A DNA stretch of 63,164 bases, filler included, from Candidatus Fermentibacterota bacterium (GTDB lineage: Bacteria > JAFGKV01), in the NCBI GenBank assembly GCA_016928395.1. It is 7 parts of 7 records of this genome, joined end to end, with 100 filler letters (N's around TTAATTAATTAA, not from the genome) between each part and the next. Parts side by side here need not be neighbours in the genome. Positions count along the whole stretch, not along the records: positions 48,089 to 63,164 come from JAFGKV010000148.1; 6 more parts are not named here. The stretch is one strand, 5' to 3'. The notes under the pieces were generated by a model. That model was not told where the DNA came from, did not search any database, and was given only the letters and a program-made list of their open reading frames with translations. The position numbers and the translations under genes were made by a program. This document shows, piece after piece, positions 48,536-58,765 of the stretch (its first letter is position 1; each line of letters starts with the position of its first letter).

Positions 48536-48796
48536 TCCCGGCCTGATGCTTCCGGCCTCCGCGGCGGGAAAGTCGCGAATCGCAGACCGGACCGACTCTT
48601 CCGTACAGCCTGACAAGAGGGGCCGCGTCAGTGCGTGCGGGTCCGCCCGGTAGCCTCAATGACCGGGCTCAGGCCCTCGCAGTCCCTCGCCACCCCGACA
48701 CGCAATCAGAGGCGTTCGCCTTTTCTATCGATTGACATGTGCCGAAAAGAGGTGCGCATATCTCGGCGAATGACGGCAACGGAGGCGCGCCAGTGG

Positions 48797-50002
48797 TCAA
48801 GGCTCGCGGATCAGGGGGTGCAGGGCTTTGGCGATGCGTGAGGCCACCACCGCGCTGCCCGCCAAGGACAAGTGAATGCCGTCCCGGGAGAAAAGCGCGG
48901 CCACGTCCCGAGGCGGCAGGTGTGCCAGTTCGCGTTCCAGATCCACCAGCAGGGCGCCGCGCTCCCGCGCGACTTCGCGCACGATCTCATTGTACTGCCG
49001 GTGCAGCGCCTGAGACCTTTGCTTGCCCGAGGCGAAGCCTTTCCTGACAAGGTAGTCTGGCGTATCCCATCGGTAGTGTGACGTGGGCGCCGTCAAGAAC
49101 AGCACGGGAACACCGCCTCCCGTGAGTCGGTCGTGGATGTAGCCGAGATTACCGCGGTACTCTTCCGGTGACACGCGGAGTTCGTTCAGCGGATGCGGTC
49201 TGCTTCCCCTGAGGCCATCGGCCGCCCAGGCCGCCAACTGGGCCAGGCGTAGTGTGCCCAACCACCGGCCGGCGCCGCGGGAGGCCGGCGCGGGGGAGAC
49301 GGTCTTGCGTCTGTCCGGGGCGCCATAGGCCTGATAGTGATCGTTCCACCCGAAGAGCACGACGGCAGCGTCGGGCTCCAAGGCTGAGCCGTAGAGATCC
49401 GCCAGCACCGTCCCCTGGTATGAGCTGTAGCCGGCGGCCGCCAGGCTGACACAGTCAAAGCGGAGGGTGTCGGGGCCATCCAGATTGAGCAGATGACCCA
49501 CCACATCGGGGAATCCCTGTTCCGTCACCGAGTCGCCGAAGAAGAGGATTCTGAAGCATCCCGCCGGCTTTGGGATCTGGACTTCCCGGCCCACGAAGCC
49601 CAAGGAATTCACGTTCTTGTCGTCGCGGTTTCGCCTCCAGAACAGCTTCTCGTCCGGCTCCAAATAGGCAAATCCGGTGGGCCGGGGATACCCGAACTGG
49701 ATTCCAGCCTCATACCTGAAGTCGCGAAGGCGCAGGAGTAGTTCGGGCACGACGATGAGCCCATTGAGCACCGCCAAGGCCACAACGGCATTGAGAATGG
49801 CGGTATGCCGAATCCGAGGAGTGCCGTGCCACAGCCCCAGACACGCCAAAGCAAAGACGGCCACCGGGACCATGCCCGCGCGAGAGTGGGCGAGTGCCAT
49901 GGACAGGACTAACGACGCGAGAAACGACACCACGCTCAGCGCCCGGGTCAGGCGCACATCACGGGAAAGCATGCGGCACCTCTTGGCTCGCTTCGCGAGC
50001 AT
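48797..50002 (-). CDS. Membrane-anchored SGNH/GDSL hydrolase family protein
   Basis: N-terminal TM helices. NSLGF, GDSVT, GYSSYQG, GWND and DGIH blocks. Confidence 0.88.
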   Translation of the reverse strand: MLAKRAKRCRMLSRDVRLTRALSVVSFLASLVLSMALAHSRAGMVPVAVFALACLGLWHGTPRIRHTAILNAVVALAVLNGLIVVPELLLRLRDFRYEAGIQFGYPRPTGFAYLEPDEKLFWRRNRDDKNVNSLGFVGREVQIPKPAGCFRILFFGDSVTEQGFPDVVGHLLNLDGPDTLRFDCVSLAAAGYSSYQGTVLADLYGSALEPDAAVVLFGWNDHYQAYGAPDRRKTVSPAPASRGAGRWLGTLRLAQLAAWAADGLRGSRPHPLNELRVSPEEYRGNLGYIHDRLTGGGVPVLFLTAPTSHYRWDTPDYLVRKGFASGKQRSQALHRQYNEIVREVARERGALLVDLERELAHLPPRDVAALFSRDGIHLSLAGSAVVASRIAKALHPLIREP

Positions 50003-50127
50003 ATGGCGGTTGATGGTTCGCAGTTTTGGCGTCGCGGATCACGCCACATCCACGGGTTTCATTTCGCCGCGACTTCACGGTTGTGCCGACAGCACGTAGT
50101 CTCCCCGTGCACTTCGCCATCGGTAGA

Positions 50128-50565
50128 TCACGGTTCATGGATCACGCCTCCTAATCCATCCTTCGGTTCTTCCGGTCCCCGTCCTCCGATGGTGTGCATC
50201 TCGGGGTGGCGAATCCGGTCTACCCGCAGGGGAGGGCGTAGCCGTGAGGAGATGAGAAACAAAGCCCACAGGCTGGCGAGTTCGTCGGGCCTGCCATGCA
50301 GAATGTAGACCGCCAATCCTCCCAGCAGGAACACGGCCCTGGCGGCTCCATGGAGAACGATCGAAAGCCGGGAATGGGCCGATGCCAGCATGCTGCACAC
50401 CTGCAGCATGGCGCCCGAGGCATAGCTCAGCAGCAGGAGTAGCACCGAGACCGCGCCGGTGTCCGCCACCCAGGGCGGAAACGGGACCACGGCATGGTAG
50501 AGGAGTATGCTCACACCCCACAGGGGCATCACCATCCACTGCGTTGACGGGCGTTTCACGGACAC
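50128..50565 (-). CDS. Hypothetical small membrane protein
   Basis: Hydrophobic ORF filling the space between the tRNA promoter and the SGNH gene. Start uncertain. Confidence 0.4.
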   Translation of the reverse strand: MSVKRPSTQWMVMPLWGVSILLYHAVVPFPPWVADTGAVSVLLLLLSYASGAMLQVCSMLASAHSRLSIVLHGAARAVFLLGGLAVYILHGRPDELASLWALFLISSRLRPPLRVDRIRHPEMHTIGGRGPEEPKDGLGGVIHEP

Positions 50566-50583
50566 ACCCCCATCGGGAGGGTC

Positions 50584-50612
50584 TTGACCCGTGCACACAT
50601 CCGCGCTAACCT
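50584..50612 (+). promoter_or_regulatory. Sigma70 promoter of tRNA-Leu
   Basis: TTGACC (50584-50589), 17-bp spacer, TAACCT (50607-50612), about 30 bp upstream of the tRNA. Confidence 0.6.
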
Positions 50613-50641
50613 CAACGGCTCTTGAGGCAGTTGGGCCCGAT

Positions 50642-50725
50642 GCCGGAGTGGTGAAATAGGCAGACGCGCCGGACTCAAAATCCGGTGGCCTCCGGGCCGT
50701 GTGGGTTCGAGTCCCACCTCCGGCA
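50642..50725 (+). tRNA. tRNA-Leu (anticodon CAA), CCA not encoded
   Basis: Acceptor stem GCCGGAG/CTCCGGC plus discriminator A. Anticodon arm CCGGA-CTCAAAA-TCCGG. Long variable arm. T-arm GTGGGTTCGAGTCCCAC. Confidence 0.97.
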
Positions 50726-50742
50726 CTCGACAATGAGTCTTC

Positions 50743-51807
50743 TTACTTTCCGGCGCCACCGATGACACTCTCCACCGCGCGGCGACCGACAGGGGAATCG
50801 AAGCTCTCGATGGCCAGGAATTCCCCCCTGGTTGCCCCGTACACAATGCCTCCCGAATGATCCACCTCCCGCAACCGTCCCTTGCCATCGGGCGTCTCAC
50901 GCACCTCGCCCAGATCGCCCAGGAGGGCTCTGAGTGCCTCGGCGGCATCCTGCGGGGAGTTCATCCGGCAGAGAAGCACCTCGTCGTCTGTATTCCTGCG
51001 ATGCAGGTTCTCTCCGAGCGTGCGTGGGCCCGTGGGGTCTCTGAATACGATTCGCCACAGATCGCGCGGCGAAGCACCCAGCCTGGCCGCCAGTGACCCC
51101 ATCAACAGCCCGTCAGCCTGATGCCATCCCAGAGCGACCCATCCCTCGATTGGGGCGGGCAAAGCCCAGGACGGAGGCGCTGCGGACAGCACCCGATGTT
51201 CAAGTTCGAAGGGGCCATGGCGCCCGGTCGTGCGGGCATGGGCATCCACTACCGCTCCGGAGAGCATCCGCCCGTCCAACAAGGCGCCGACCGCCCCGGC
51301 CACTCCCTCGGGGAACCTGCCCGAGAGGCTGATCATCCAGGTCAACGGCGTATCCGGCCCCGGCGCCGTCGCGTCATGGGCGACCACGGCGTATGGGTTT
51401 CTGCGGGGTTCGATGACGCCGGCGGATCGCCCTTCCACGTCTCCCGCACCGAACAGGTAGAGCCCCCGTACGGGGAATGCCGCAGGTCCCTGGTATTCCG
51501 TCGTCCGCCACCAGACGCTGGGGTGGTCGCGCAGTACCTGGTTGGAGTTCTCCGTCCCCACTACGATGAGGTGATAGGAGGAGGCCTGGTCTGGGTGTGC
51601 GGCAACCCATGTGTCGGTGAGCAGCCGCGTCGAGGGGTCAGCCGGATCCAAGGCACGGCAGATGCGCAGCGCTTCCTCCCGCTCCGGTGCCGATGCCCCT
51701 TCGCCGATGACGACCCGGGTTCCGGTTCCCAGCCAGTCCAGCAGGGGAGGCGCAGACGAGGCGCCATGGAACAGGAGGACTGCAAGTATGAAAACGTGCT
51801 TACTCAT
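50743..51807 (-). CDS. Secreted hypothetical protein
   Basis: Signal peptide. HLIVVGT..SN segment. Overlaps the upstream stop by 8 bp. Confidence 0.7.
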   Translation of the reverse strand: MSKHVFILAVLLFHGASSAPPLLDWLGTGTRVVIGEGASAPEREEALRICRALDPADPSTRLLTDTWVAAHPDQASSYHLIVVGTENSNQVLRDHPSVWWRTTEYQGPAAFPVRGLYLFGAGDVEGRSAGVIEPRRNPYAVVAHDATAPGPDTPLTWMISLSGRFPEGVAGAVGALLDGRMLSGAVVDAHARTTGRHGPFELEHRVLSAAPPSWALPAPIEGWVALGWHQADGLLMGSLAARLGASPRDLWRIVFRDPTGPRTLGENLHRRNTDDEVLLCRMNSPQDAAEALRALLGDLGEVRETPDGKGRLREVDHSGGIVYGATRGEFLAIESFDSPVGRRAVESVIGGAGK

Positions 51808-54800
51808 CGCGCACCTGCACCAGAGCGGCCCCGGCGGCGGGCAGCACAACCTCTATGATCACACCTCTGTCGATGTGCTTTACCCCGAGGGTGTTTCCCC
51901 CGAGCAGCTCTGCGGCATGGCGGACGCGGCCTGTCGTCCGAAGGAGCACGGGCGCGGTTCGAGCCTCGCCCCGCTCCTCCAGCACAACGACCACCAGGCC
52001 ATAGGGGCCGTCAAAGGCATAGGAAGAGATGCCTTCCGGCGCGGACACATCAAAGGAGCTCATCCCTTTCAGGTCATGCACGAATCGTCTGACGGCCGCA
52101 TAGTCCTCGGTGGCGCCGTCGTCCCAGAAGGGGCCCTTGACATTGCCTTCGGGCAAGAGCTTCACCGACGGGGATCCCAGCACGGCCTCGTCGATACCCA
52201 CGTAGGAGGCAATCAGACGCGGCGTAAGGCCCATTCCCACCACTCCCACCGGGATGCCTCGATCGAGACAGAGGCGTAGGCCTGCACGCTCCTCGCTTGA
52301 TAGGGCGCCGGGCACGGGGATAATCACACCGTCGGGCAAAGTGGATGTCCCCACCTTGTCCAACCGGGCCATGCCCGAGATGGGCAGCCCCGCCTCTCTG
52401 AGCATGCCGAAGAGTCTGGCCGAATCTCCCATGATGACTTCGTCTTGGCCGGGGGAAGGCAATCGAGGGCCGACGGCCGCCATTACAAACCCTCGCGGCC
52501 GCCGTGGCCGGATGGCCTCAGCCGTGGCATAGAGCTCCTGGAGGGCGTGCCAATCCTCCTGAAAGGCGACATGGCCGCCCCGCGTGCTGCGGGACGAGAG
52601 CGCAAGCCAGGTCTGCCATCCACCGAGCCATGAGACCCCTCCTCCGTCGGCATAGGTTTCCACCGGTACCCACCCTTCGTCCGAGGCGGCCATCATCCAG
52701 AACAAGTCGGCATTCTGCCGGCGGATAAGCTCGGCCTTGGCGATGCGTTCCGCTCCGATGCCGCCCAGCATCTCCATGTGGTAGTGGCCCACGCGGCCTT
52801 TGGGCGCCAAGGCCTTGCCGAGAGAGACCAAGTAGGTAGGCACATGATAGTCCCGGCCGGCTCTCACGTTCCAGGCATCGGACGAGGACAGAGAGAACAG
52901 CTCCTGCCATGACTCGGCGAAGCGCTCCACCTCGGGGATCCTCAGGATGGTGGGAAAGAGGGGGAGGTCGAACTGGTCGGTCAGATGGGAGCCCGAGGAG
53001 ACTGACTGCAGCTCATCCCTGACAATCCGATGCGCAGGCAGCGCTACCTCGGTGGCAACGAAGTAGCGCCAGTCGGGGTTCAAATCTCCCAGGGCCAAGG
53101 CGGCGATGCTGTCAGCCGCAAGACCTATCAAAGCGGGCTCTCCACGGCTCTGCATCCATCGAGCGAACACGGCAAGATGCTGGGGATGCACAAAGGCTGA
53201 CGGCCACGGAATGCCGTTGAACCCATCCACGAGACTGGCGCTGATGGTGAGGGTTTCACCGGTCCACGTGTGGCGGGCAAGCCTTCGAATGATCTCGGCA
53301 TTCCAGGCCCGGTAGTGCACCCCATTGGGCAGGAAGCAGAAGGAATTGGGAAGGAAATCGCACCAGGGCTGACCAGGACGGGTCCGGGCGAACGGCCCCC
53401 ACGCGATCCCCGTGTCGGCATGGGCGCACAGGTTTTCCTGGGCGAACTGCAGCGGGTCACCGAACTCATAGAGAGATCCCAAGACCTGCACCCCCTTGGC
53501 TCGGTCCCAGATGCAGCTTCGGAGATCCGTCGGCGAAGAGACCAGAACCCGGGCATGAGACTGTGCGTCGCCCAGACGGGCGTCGACCCGGTACACTGAG
53601 GGAGGGGGAGGACTCATCCGCCACTCTGAGACGCTCCATGGCGACCCGGACCGCCGGACGGGGATCTCGACGAGTTGTACCGGCGTTCCCTGGACCACGT
53701 CCCGGGCTGTTACAGCAACCTGTCCGTGGGCCGGATCCCAGGACTCCACGAAAAACCTGATCTCCTCACCCGGCATGAACAAGGGGTACTGGCCCGCGGG
53801 CCCCATACCCTGGGGGAAGTCGGCATCGGCCCGCGGCCACGTGGCGAAACGCTGGGGAGTCCGGCGCGAGAGAGGCGTGTGCCACACAGTGACAGTGGGG
53901 CCGGGCCGCCGTACCGCGGTCTCGACACGGAACAGGCACCGCTGATGCTCCTCGGACAGGAGCGCTACCTCCAGCCACAGCGGGGTATCGCCCGTGGCGG
54001 TCTCGTATCTGACCAGCTCATCCCGGGAGGGCCAGGGTATCACGAAGGATGTCGTGCCCGCGCCGGGCCGAAGATCCAGATCGTGGGAACAGAGCAGGCT
54101 CCGTTGCCAATCCCGGAAACGGTAGCGCACGTGCATCGGCCGGGAATTCCGGCGCCGAAGGCCGACGGTGATGCCTCCTGGGCCTGAGTCTATGGGCCCC
54201 AGCAGCATATCCTCGCTGACCAGCTCGCGGATTGCCAGAACCAGGAGCTGGGAGGTATCCTCATGGAGGAAGCGTTGCTTCGAGGCTTGCACGTCCGACC
54301 AGTCGAGTTCCCGGGGGTCTTCCAGACGCAGCGGCACCGAGAACGATGCGACCCGTCCGCGCCCGACAGTTCTGACGGCCAGGGCCGGCTCTTTGTCTTC
54401 CCACTGCCACAAGGCCTTCTGTACCGGCTGGCGAAACGTGGGCCGGTCCAGAGGCTGGTCGAGGGTGATACCCGAGCCGGTGCAGAGCACCGCACGACCG
54501 CCCGGATACACCAAGGGAACACGGTCCGAGGCACCCCACACGCCGACCTGCACGGTGGAACACGGCGGGAGCACCCATGATCCGTCAGCGCAGGGACGGC
54601 CCAGTGCGTCATCAGACCACACTCCCCGCACAGGTCCGAAGCGCGAGCCTTCGACGCAGATCTGGTGGTTTTGACCGGACGGAAGCGAGACCTGAAGGAC
54701 CCGGGGCTCGCTACGCTCGCTTAGGGCGCTCCAGGTGGCGGCATCTACCAGCGGGACGGGGTCGTGGGCTGCGCGGCTCTGGAGAGCCCAGGGAGTCAGG

Positions 54801-56107
54801 TCGGGCGAATCGCTCAAGACCTCGGGGTTCAGCACCAACGCCGTCTTTCCGGCAGCAACGGCAGCTCGCACCAGCGACGGCGCCGCGGCACCGTCCACGA
54901 CAACGATATCCGCATCGTCCTGTTCGGCAGGTGCAAGCCCCATGAGGCCAAGCCGGTTCCACGGCAACCCCATGGAGCCCCAGACCGTGCCCACCGGGGC
55001 CGCATCATGGGGGGCGGCGGTCTGGGCACGCATGGCCGCAATCAACGAAGGACTCAGCAGCGCGGGCGCGGAACAGGCCATGACGCGTCCCGCGCCGTAT
55101 CGGGCGCTGGTGAGCAAAGGGCTCGCCCTGGGATCGTCACCGGTGATCTCCACGCGGTGGGCCCACGCCAAAGGGGAGAGGTTCCACTTCGCCGTTTCCC
55201 GGGTGCCGGGCCGCGCGAAGTGGGGGTGATCTGGGAGGTGGATTGCCGCGGTCACATCGACCAGACCCTCGTCTGGCCCCATCCCTGCCCCGAGAGGACC
55301 CACTGCCCGGGGCAGAACCGCGCCAACCCGCTCGGCCGATGGGCCCAGCACGGTGGGAAGTATCCGCTCCAAGGGCGTGTCCTCCCACAGTCGGCCCTTG
55401 TCGTAGAACACACACACAACCGTACCGCCCGTCCTCGCCCAATTCTCGATCGCCGCCCCCGACGCCCCTGAGAGAACCACTCGGCTGGACAGGATCAGCA
55501 GGTCCACGCCCGCCAGGGTCTCCTCTGTACAGCGAACCGAAAGGTCCGTTGGTCCCGCCAGGCCCCCGCGATTGGGATCTCCGGAGTCTTCGGGATTGAC
55601 GACCCTGACAGCTAGCGTGTTCAATCCTGGGCGAAGACCCGCAAGCTCAGCGTCCAAATCACCCCAATACCCGCCGCCGGCACCGATCCTTCGGCCGTTG
55701 AGAAATACCGTTACCGAGTCTTCCAGAGCCCGCAGCGTCAGGCACGGAGAAAGGGCCCCAACGCCGGCACTGCGTAGTGTGCGCCGGTACCACGCGACCC
55801 CCGTGTACCGGATGCCCCTGGCCTGCCACGGCGCACCCGTTTCCATTGGCTGCCACCCGGGGCCGTCGGCAAACGCCCAGCCCCCGGCACCGGTGTCCTC
55901 GGGATCGGCGATCCACTCCCAGGCATCCTGCCATGCAGGGAAGGGATCCATGGTAGTCACCGATGCGCCGGCACGCTCCACGGCATCCCTGAGGGGCATT
56001 GACTCGTCGCCGGGCGGTGCCAGAAGAAGCACCCTGTGACGGGGCTCCTCGGCGCACGACGTCACGGTCAGGGCGAGAACGACAATGGTGAAAAGGCAAC
56101 GGTGCAT
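51800..56107 (-). CDS. Large secreted multidomain protein with a GH2-type galactose-binding-like N-domain; possible glycoside hydrolase
   Basis: Signal or lipoprotein-like N-terminus. YTGVAWYRR...VFLNGRRIG...LRPGLNTLAVRV...GGL motif. The rest is not confidently assigned. Confidence 0.65.
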   Translation of the reverse strand: MHRCLFTIVVLALTVTSCAEEPRHRVLLLAPPGDESMPLRDAVERAGASVTTMDPFPAWQDAWEWIADPEDTGAGGWAFADGPGWQPMETGAPWQARGIRYTGVAWYRRTLRSAGVGALSPCLTLRALEDSVTVFLNGRRIGAGGGYWGDLDAELAGLRPGLNTLAVRVVNPEDSGDPNRGGLAGPTDLSVRCTEETLAGVDLLILSSRVVLSGASGAAIENWARTGGTVVCVFYDKGRLWEDTPLERILPTVLGPSAERVGAVLPRAVGPLGAGMGPDEGLVDVTAAIHLPDHPHFARPGTRETAKWNLSPLAWAHRVEITGDDPRASPLLTSARYGAGRVMACSAPALLSPSLIAAMRAQTAAPHDAAPVGTVWGSMGLPWNRLGLMGLAPAEQDDADIVVVDGAAAPSLVRAAVAAGKTALVLNPEVLSDSPDLTPWALQSRAAHDPVPLVDAATWSALSERSEPRVLQVSLPSGQNHQICVEGSRFGPVRGVWSDDALGRPCADGSWVLPPCSTVQVGVWGASDRVPLVYPGGRAVLCTGSGITLDQPLDRPTFRQPVQKALWQWEDKEPALAVRTVGRGRVASFSVPLRLEDPRELDWSDVQASKQRFLHEDTSQLLVLAIRELVSEDMLLGPIDSGPGGITVGLRRRNSRPMHVRYRFRDWQRSLLCSHDLDLRPGAGTTSFVIPWPSRDELVRYETATGDTPLWLEVALLSEEHQRCLFRVETAVRRPGPTVTVWHTPLSRRTPQRFATWPRADADFPQGMGPAGQYPLFMPGEEIRFFVESWDPAHGQVAVTARDVVQGTPVQLVEIPVRRSGSPWSVSEWRMSPPPPSVYRVDARLGDAQSHARVLVSSPTDLRSCIWDRAKGVQVLGSLYEFGDPLQFAQENLCAHADTGIAWGPFARTRPGQPWCDFLPNSFCFLPNGVHYRAWNAEIIRRLARHTWTGETLTISASLVDGFNGIPWPSAFVHPQHLAVFARWMQSRGEPALIGLAADSIAALALGDLNPDWRYFVATEVALPAHRIVRDELQSVSSGSHLTDQFDLPLFPTILRIPEVERFAESWQELFSLSSSDAWNVRAGRDYHVPTYLVSLGKALAPKGRVGHYHMEMLGGIGAERIAKAELIRRQNADLFWMMAASDEGWVPVETYADGGGVSWLGGWQTWLALSSRSTRGGHVAFQEDWHALQELYATAEAIRPRRPRGFVMAAVGPRLPSPGQDEVIMGDSARLFGMLREAGLPISGMARLDKVGTSTLPDGVIIPVPGALSSEERAGLRLCLDRGIPVGVVGMGLTPRLIASYVGIDEAVLGSPSVKLLPEGNVKGPFWDDGATEDYAAVRRFVHDLKGMSSFDVSAPEGISSYAFDGPYGLVVVVLEERGEARTAPVLLRTTGRVRHAAELLGGNTLGVKHIDRGVIIEVVLPAAGAALVQVRDE

Positions 56108-57786
56108 TAGAGATCACACGGCTTCACGAAGAACGTCACCCAGGGTGTGGCGAGGTCGGGGTGGCCAGCGGGTACGACACGGAAAGCCCAGGGGTTGTAG
56201 TGGGACAAGGTATTCCAGAAGGTTGGGGTGAATGGTCCAAAGAGCACCCCATCCGGTTCGGATGGTATGGCGCCTTCCACGCGATAGGTTCCTTCACCCA
56301 CGACATACTCGATGTTCATATCGCCACGTCCCTCCGCGTTGAGGCGAACGCCGAGCCTTCCGTCTGATGCGGCAAACGCCAGGCTGTCGCCAGGCTGTGG
56401 AGAGATGATAACGGGCCGTACGGCAGGCCCTTGGTCTCGGCTGTCATGGGCCCAGAGAGGCGCCCGGTACAAGCTGCGGCATCTGGCGAGCCATGACTCC
56501 AGGAGCCCCTCGAGGCTGTCCGCCATGCCCGGATGGAGCGCGGAGCATTCAGACAGCTCCATGGGGTCACTCTCGATGTGAAAGAGCTGGCGCGTCGAGG
56601 CGGCGGCCTCGTCCCGCCGTACCAGTTTCCACCTGTCCGTGCGCACGGCACGTAGGCGGATACCCTGCATCTGGGCCGTGGCCTGGTACCCGCCCAGGAC
56701 TGATGAGACGAACACGGGCTGCGGCGGAAGAGGCATGCCTTTCAGCAGGGGTGTGAGCGATCTGCCCTGCACGCCTTCAGGAATCGGCACTCCCACGAGG
56801 TCGAGTACCGTGGGCATGATGTCCACGAGCTGCACCAGATCCTTTGACCTTTGGCCACCTTGCAGGCCCTGCGGCCAGGATACGATGAGAGGTATGCGGA
56901 GCTCCTCGTCGTAGAGGGTGCTGGTGAGCGAGGTGCTGGCATGGCCGATATTGCCATGTTCCAGCAGTTCCTCCCCGTGATCGGCCGAAATGATGACCAC
57001 GGTGTTGGAGTCTATACCCAAAGAGCGGAAACGATGGAACAGAGGCTGGAAGAAGAGTGAGTCAGCCTCGGCGACCTGGCCGTCGTACAGGCCGCGAACC
57101 CAGCCGGTGTCCGTTGCGGCGAAGCTCAGCTTCCCTTCGGGGAGCAGGAGTGCATTCCTGACGGTGGCGATGCGTTCCTGCGTCGCGGGATCCCGTGGTA
57201 CGTCCTGGGGCATGAACAGCGAATCAAAAGGGGGAGAGGGATTGTAGGGCTGATGCAGGTCGCGGAAGTGATAGTAGAGGAAGAATGGCTGGTTCGATGT
57301 CGCGTAGTCATCGAGCCACCGGAACAGTATGTCGTGGCCTGTGGTGAGGAACTCCTGCTTCTGTGGGAAGTCATGGAACCTTAGATTCTGGTAGTTTGGG
57401 GAACCGACGAGATAGCAGATGTCAGGCGCGTGATATCCCGCATCTGCCAAGACGCCGGCCAGAGTTGCCACGGCCCTGGAAAGGCTCTTTTCCCGGGTGT
57501 CGACGCCGTGGGCGGGCTCATGACGCCCCGTGAGGCACGACACCAAGGAGGCCGAGGTCCATGCCGAGTTCGCGAACGCATTGGTGAACATCGTCCCTGA
57601 AGAGGCAAGGCTGTCCAGAGTCGGGGTAAGGGGCTTCCAATACCCCATGGATCCAAGGCGATCCGGTCGAAGCGCGTCCACCGTGATGAGCACCACATTG
57701 GGAGTCTCGGCACGGGCCGGGCCGGCCACCGCCGGCGCGCCAAGAAGCGCGGCGAGAAGAATGACAGAAGCAAAGGGGCGCACCAT
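56107..57786 (-). CDS. Sulfatase-like hydrolase or transferase, secreted
   Basis: PNVVLITVDALRPD, TPTLD, SADHGEE..EHG, LYDEELRIPLI and DIMPTVLD motifs. The canonical C/SxPxR motif is replaced by WTSAS. Confidence 0.85.
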   Translation of the reverse strand: MVRPFASVILLAALLGAPAVAGPARAETPNVVLITVDALRPDRLGSMGYWKPLTPTLDSLASSGTMFTNAFANSAWTSASLVSCLTGRHEPAHGVDTREKSLSRAVATLAGVLADAGYHAPDICYLVGSPNYQNLRFHDFPQKQEFLTTGHDILFRWLDDYATSNQPFFLYYHFRDLHQPYNPSPPFDSLFMPQDVPRDPATQERIATVRNALLLPEGKLSFAATDTGWVRGLYDGQVAEADSLFFQPLFHRFRSLGIDSNTVVIISADHGEELLEHGNIGHASTSLTSTLYDEELRIPLIVSWPQGLQGGQRSKDLVQLVDIMPTVLDLVGVPIPEGVQGRSLTPLLKGMPLPPQPVFVSSVLGGYQATAQMQGIRLRAVRTDRWKLVRRDEAAASTRQLFHIESDPMELSECSALHPGMADSLEGLLESWLARCRSLYRAPLWAHDSRDQGPAVRPVIISPQPGDSLAFAASDGRLGVRLNAEGRGDMNIEYVVGEGTYRVEGAIPSEPDGVLFGPFTPTFWNTLSHYNPWAFRVVPAGHPDLATPWVTFFVKPCDL

Positions 57787-58072
57787 CTTGTCTCCGAGTC
57801 TAAGGAACATGCCGTGAGTGACTAGTCCATACTCAGGCGCCGCAGCATCCTACACCCCTGCCTTGTGGGGCACCTGCGAACAGCCGACGCAGCAGCCATT
57901 CACCTCTCGGTTCGGCAGCACTCCGCGACGTGCCAACCGAGCGCATCTGTTCCGGGATGGCGTCTCACGGGTCGGCAGCCGGGAACCCAGACAGCAGGCG
58001 GCGGGTTCTCAGCGCAGCGAATGGGGTCTATGACGAGTTTTGCCCGAACAAGATACACCGAAAGGGGACGAT

Positions 58073-58753
58073 ATGTTCTTCTGGGATCCAACCTTCTTTC
58101 TCCTCATTCCGGCCATGCTCTTGGCCGTGTATGCCCAGTCAAAGGTACAGCGGGCTTTCGCGGAGCTCTCACACGTCCGTGCCCGGCGTGGTCTCAGCGG
58201 CGCCGAAGTCGCCTCGACTATCCTCCGCGCCAATGGGCTGGCTACGGTGGAGGTCGAGCCGCAGCAGGGAACTCTTACCGATCACTACGATCCGCGGGTT
58301 CGGCGGGTCAGGCTGTCGGAGCCTGTGTACGGCGGCAGGTCGCTGGCTGCAGTCGGTGTCGCGGCCCATGAGGTCGGTCATGCACTCCAACATGCCTCAG
58401 GGTATATGCCACTGCGTTTTCGCCACGGGCTGCTGGGCCCTGCCCAGCTGGGAAGTACCCTGGCGTGGCCCTTGGCCTTGATCGGGCTACTGATGGGGAG
58501 TCCCAAGCTCCTTGACATCGGCATCATCCTGTTCTCAGGGGCAGTGCTTTTCCACGTCGTGACGCTGCCGGTGGAGTTGAACGCCTCCCGAAGGGCGTTG
58601 ACGCAGCTTGTCTCCACAGGCGTTCTGGCGCCGGATGAAATCCCCGGTGCCCGCAAGGTGCTACAGGCGGCCGCTTTGACGTATATTGCCGCGGCAGCCG
58701 TGGCCGTGATGAATCTACTCAGATTGCTCATCCTCAGACAGAGCCGCGACTAG
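58073..58753 (+). CDS. Membrane zinc metallopeptidase (YugP / Zn_peptidase_2)
   Basis: LTDHYDP, AAHEVGHALQH, TLPVELNASRRA and VLQAAALTY motifs. Confidence 0.92.
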   Translation: MFFWDPTFFLLIPAMLLAVYAQSKVQRAFAELSHVRARRGLSGAEVASTILRANGLATVEVEPQQGTLTDHYDPRVRRVRLSEPVYGGRSLAAVGVAAHEVGHALQHASGYMPLRFRHGLLGPAQLGSTLAWPLALIGLLMGSPKLLDIGIILFSGAVLFHVVTLPVELNASRRALTQLVSTGVLAPDEIPGARKVLQAAALTYIAAAAVAVMNLLRLLILRQSRD

Positions 58754-58765
58754 TAGGAAGGCATC

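Noticed and set aside
50600-50733. N-terminal extension of ORF 50128-50733
   Set aside because: It is the antisense translation of tRNA-Leu (GGGTRTHT...PDFESGAS).
57820-58070. Riboswitch in the divergent intergenic region (hairpin CTCGGTT...AACCGAG)
   Set aside because: One imperfect hairpin only; no known aptamer consensus recognised.
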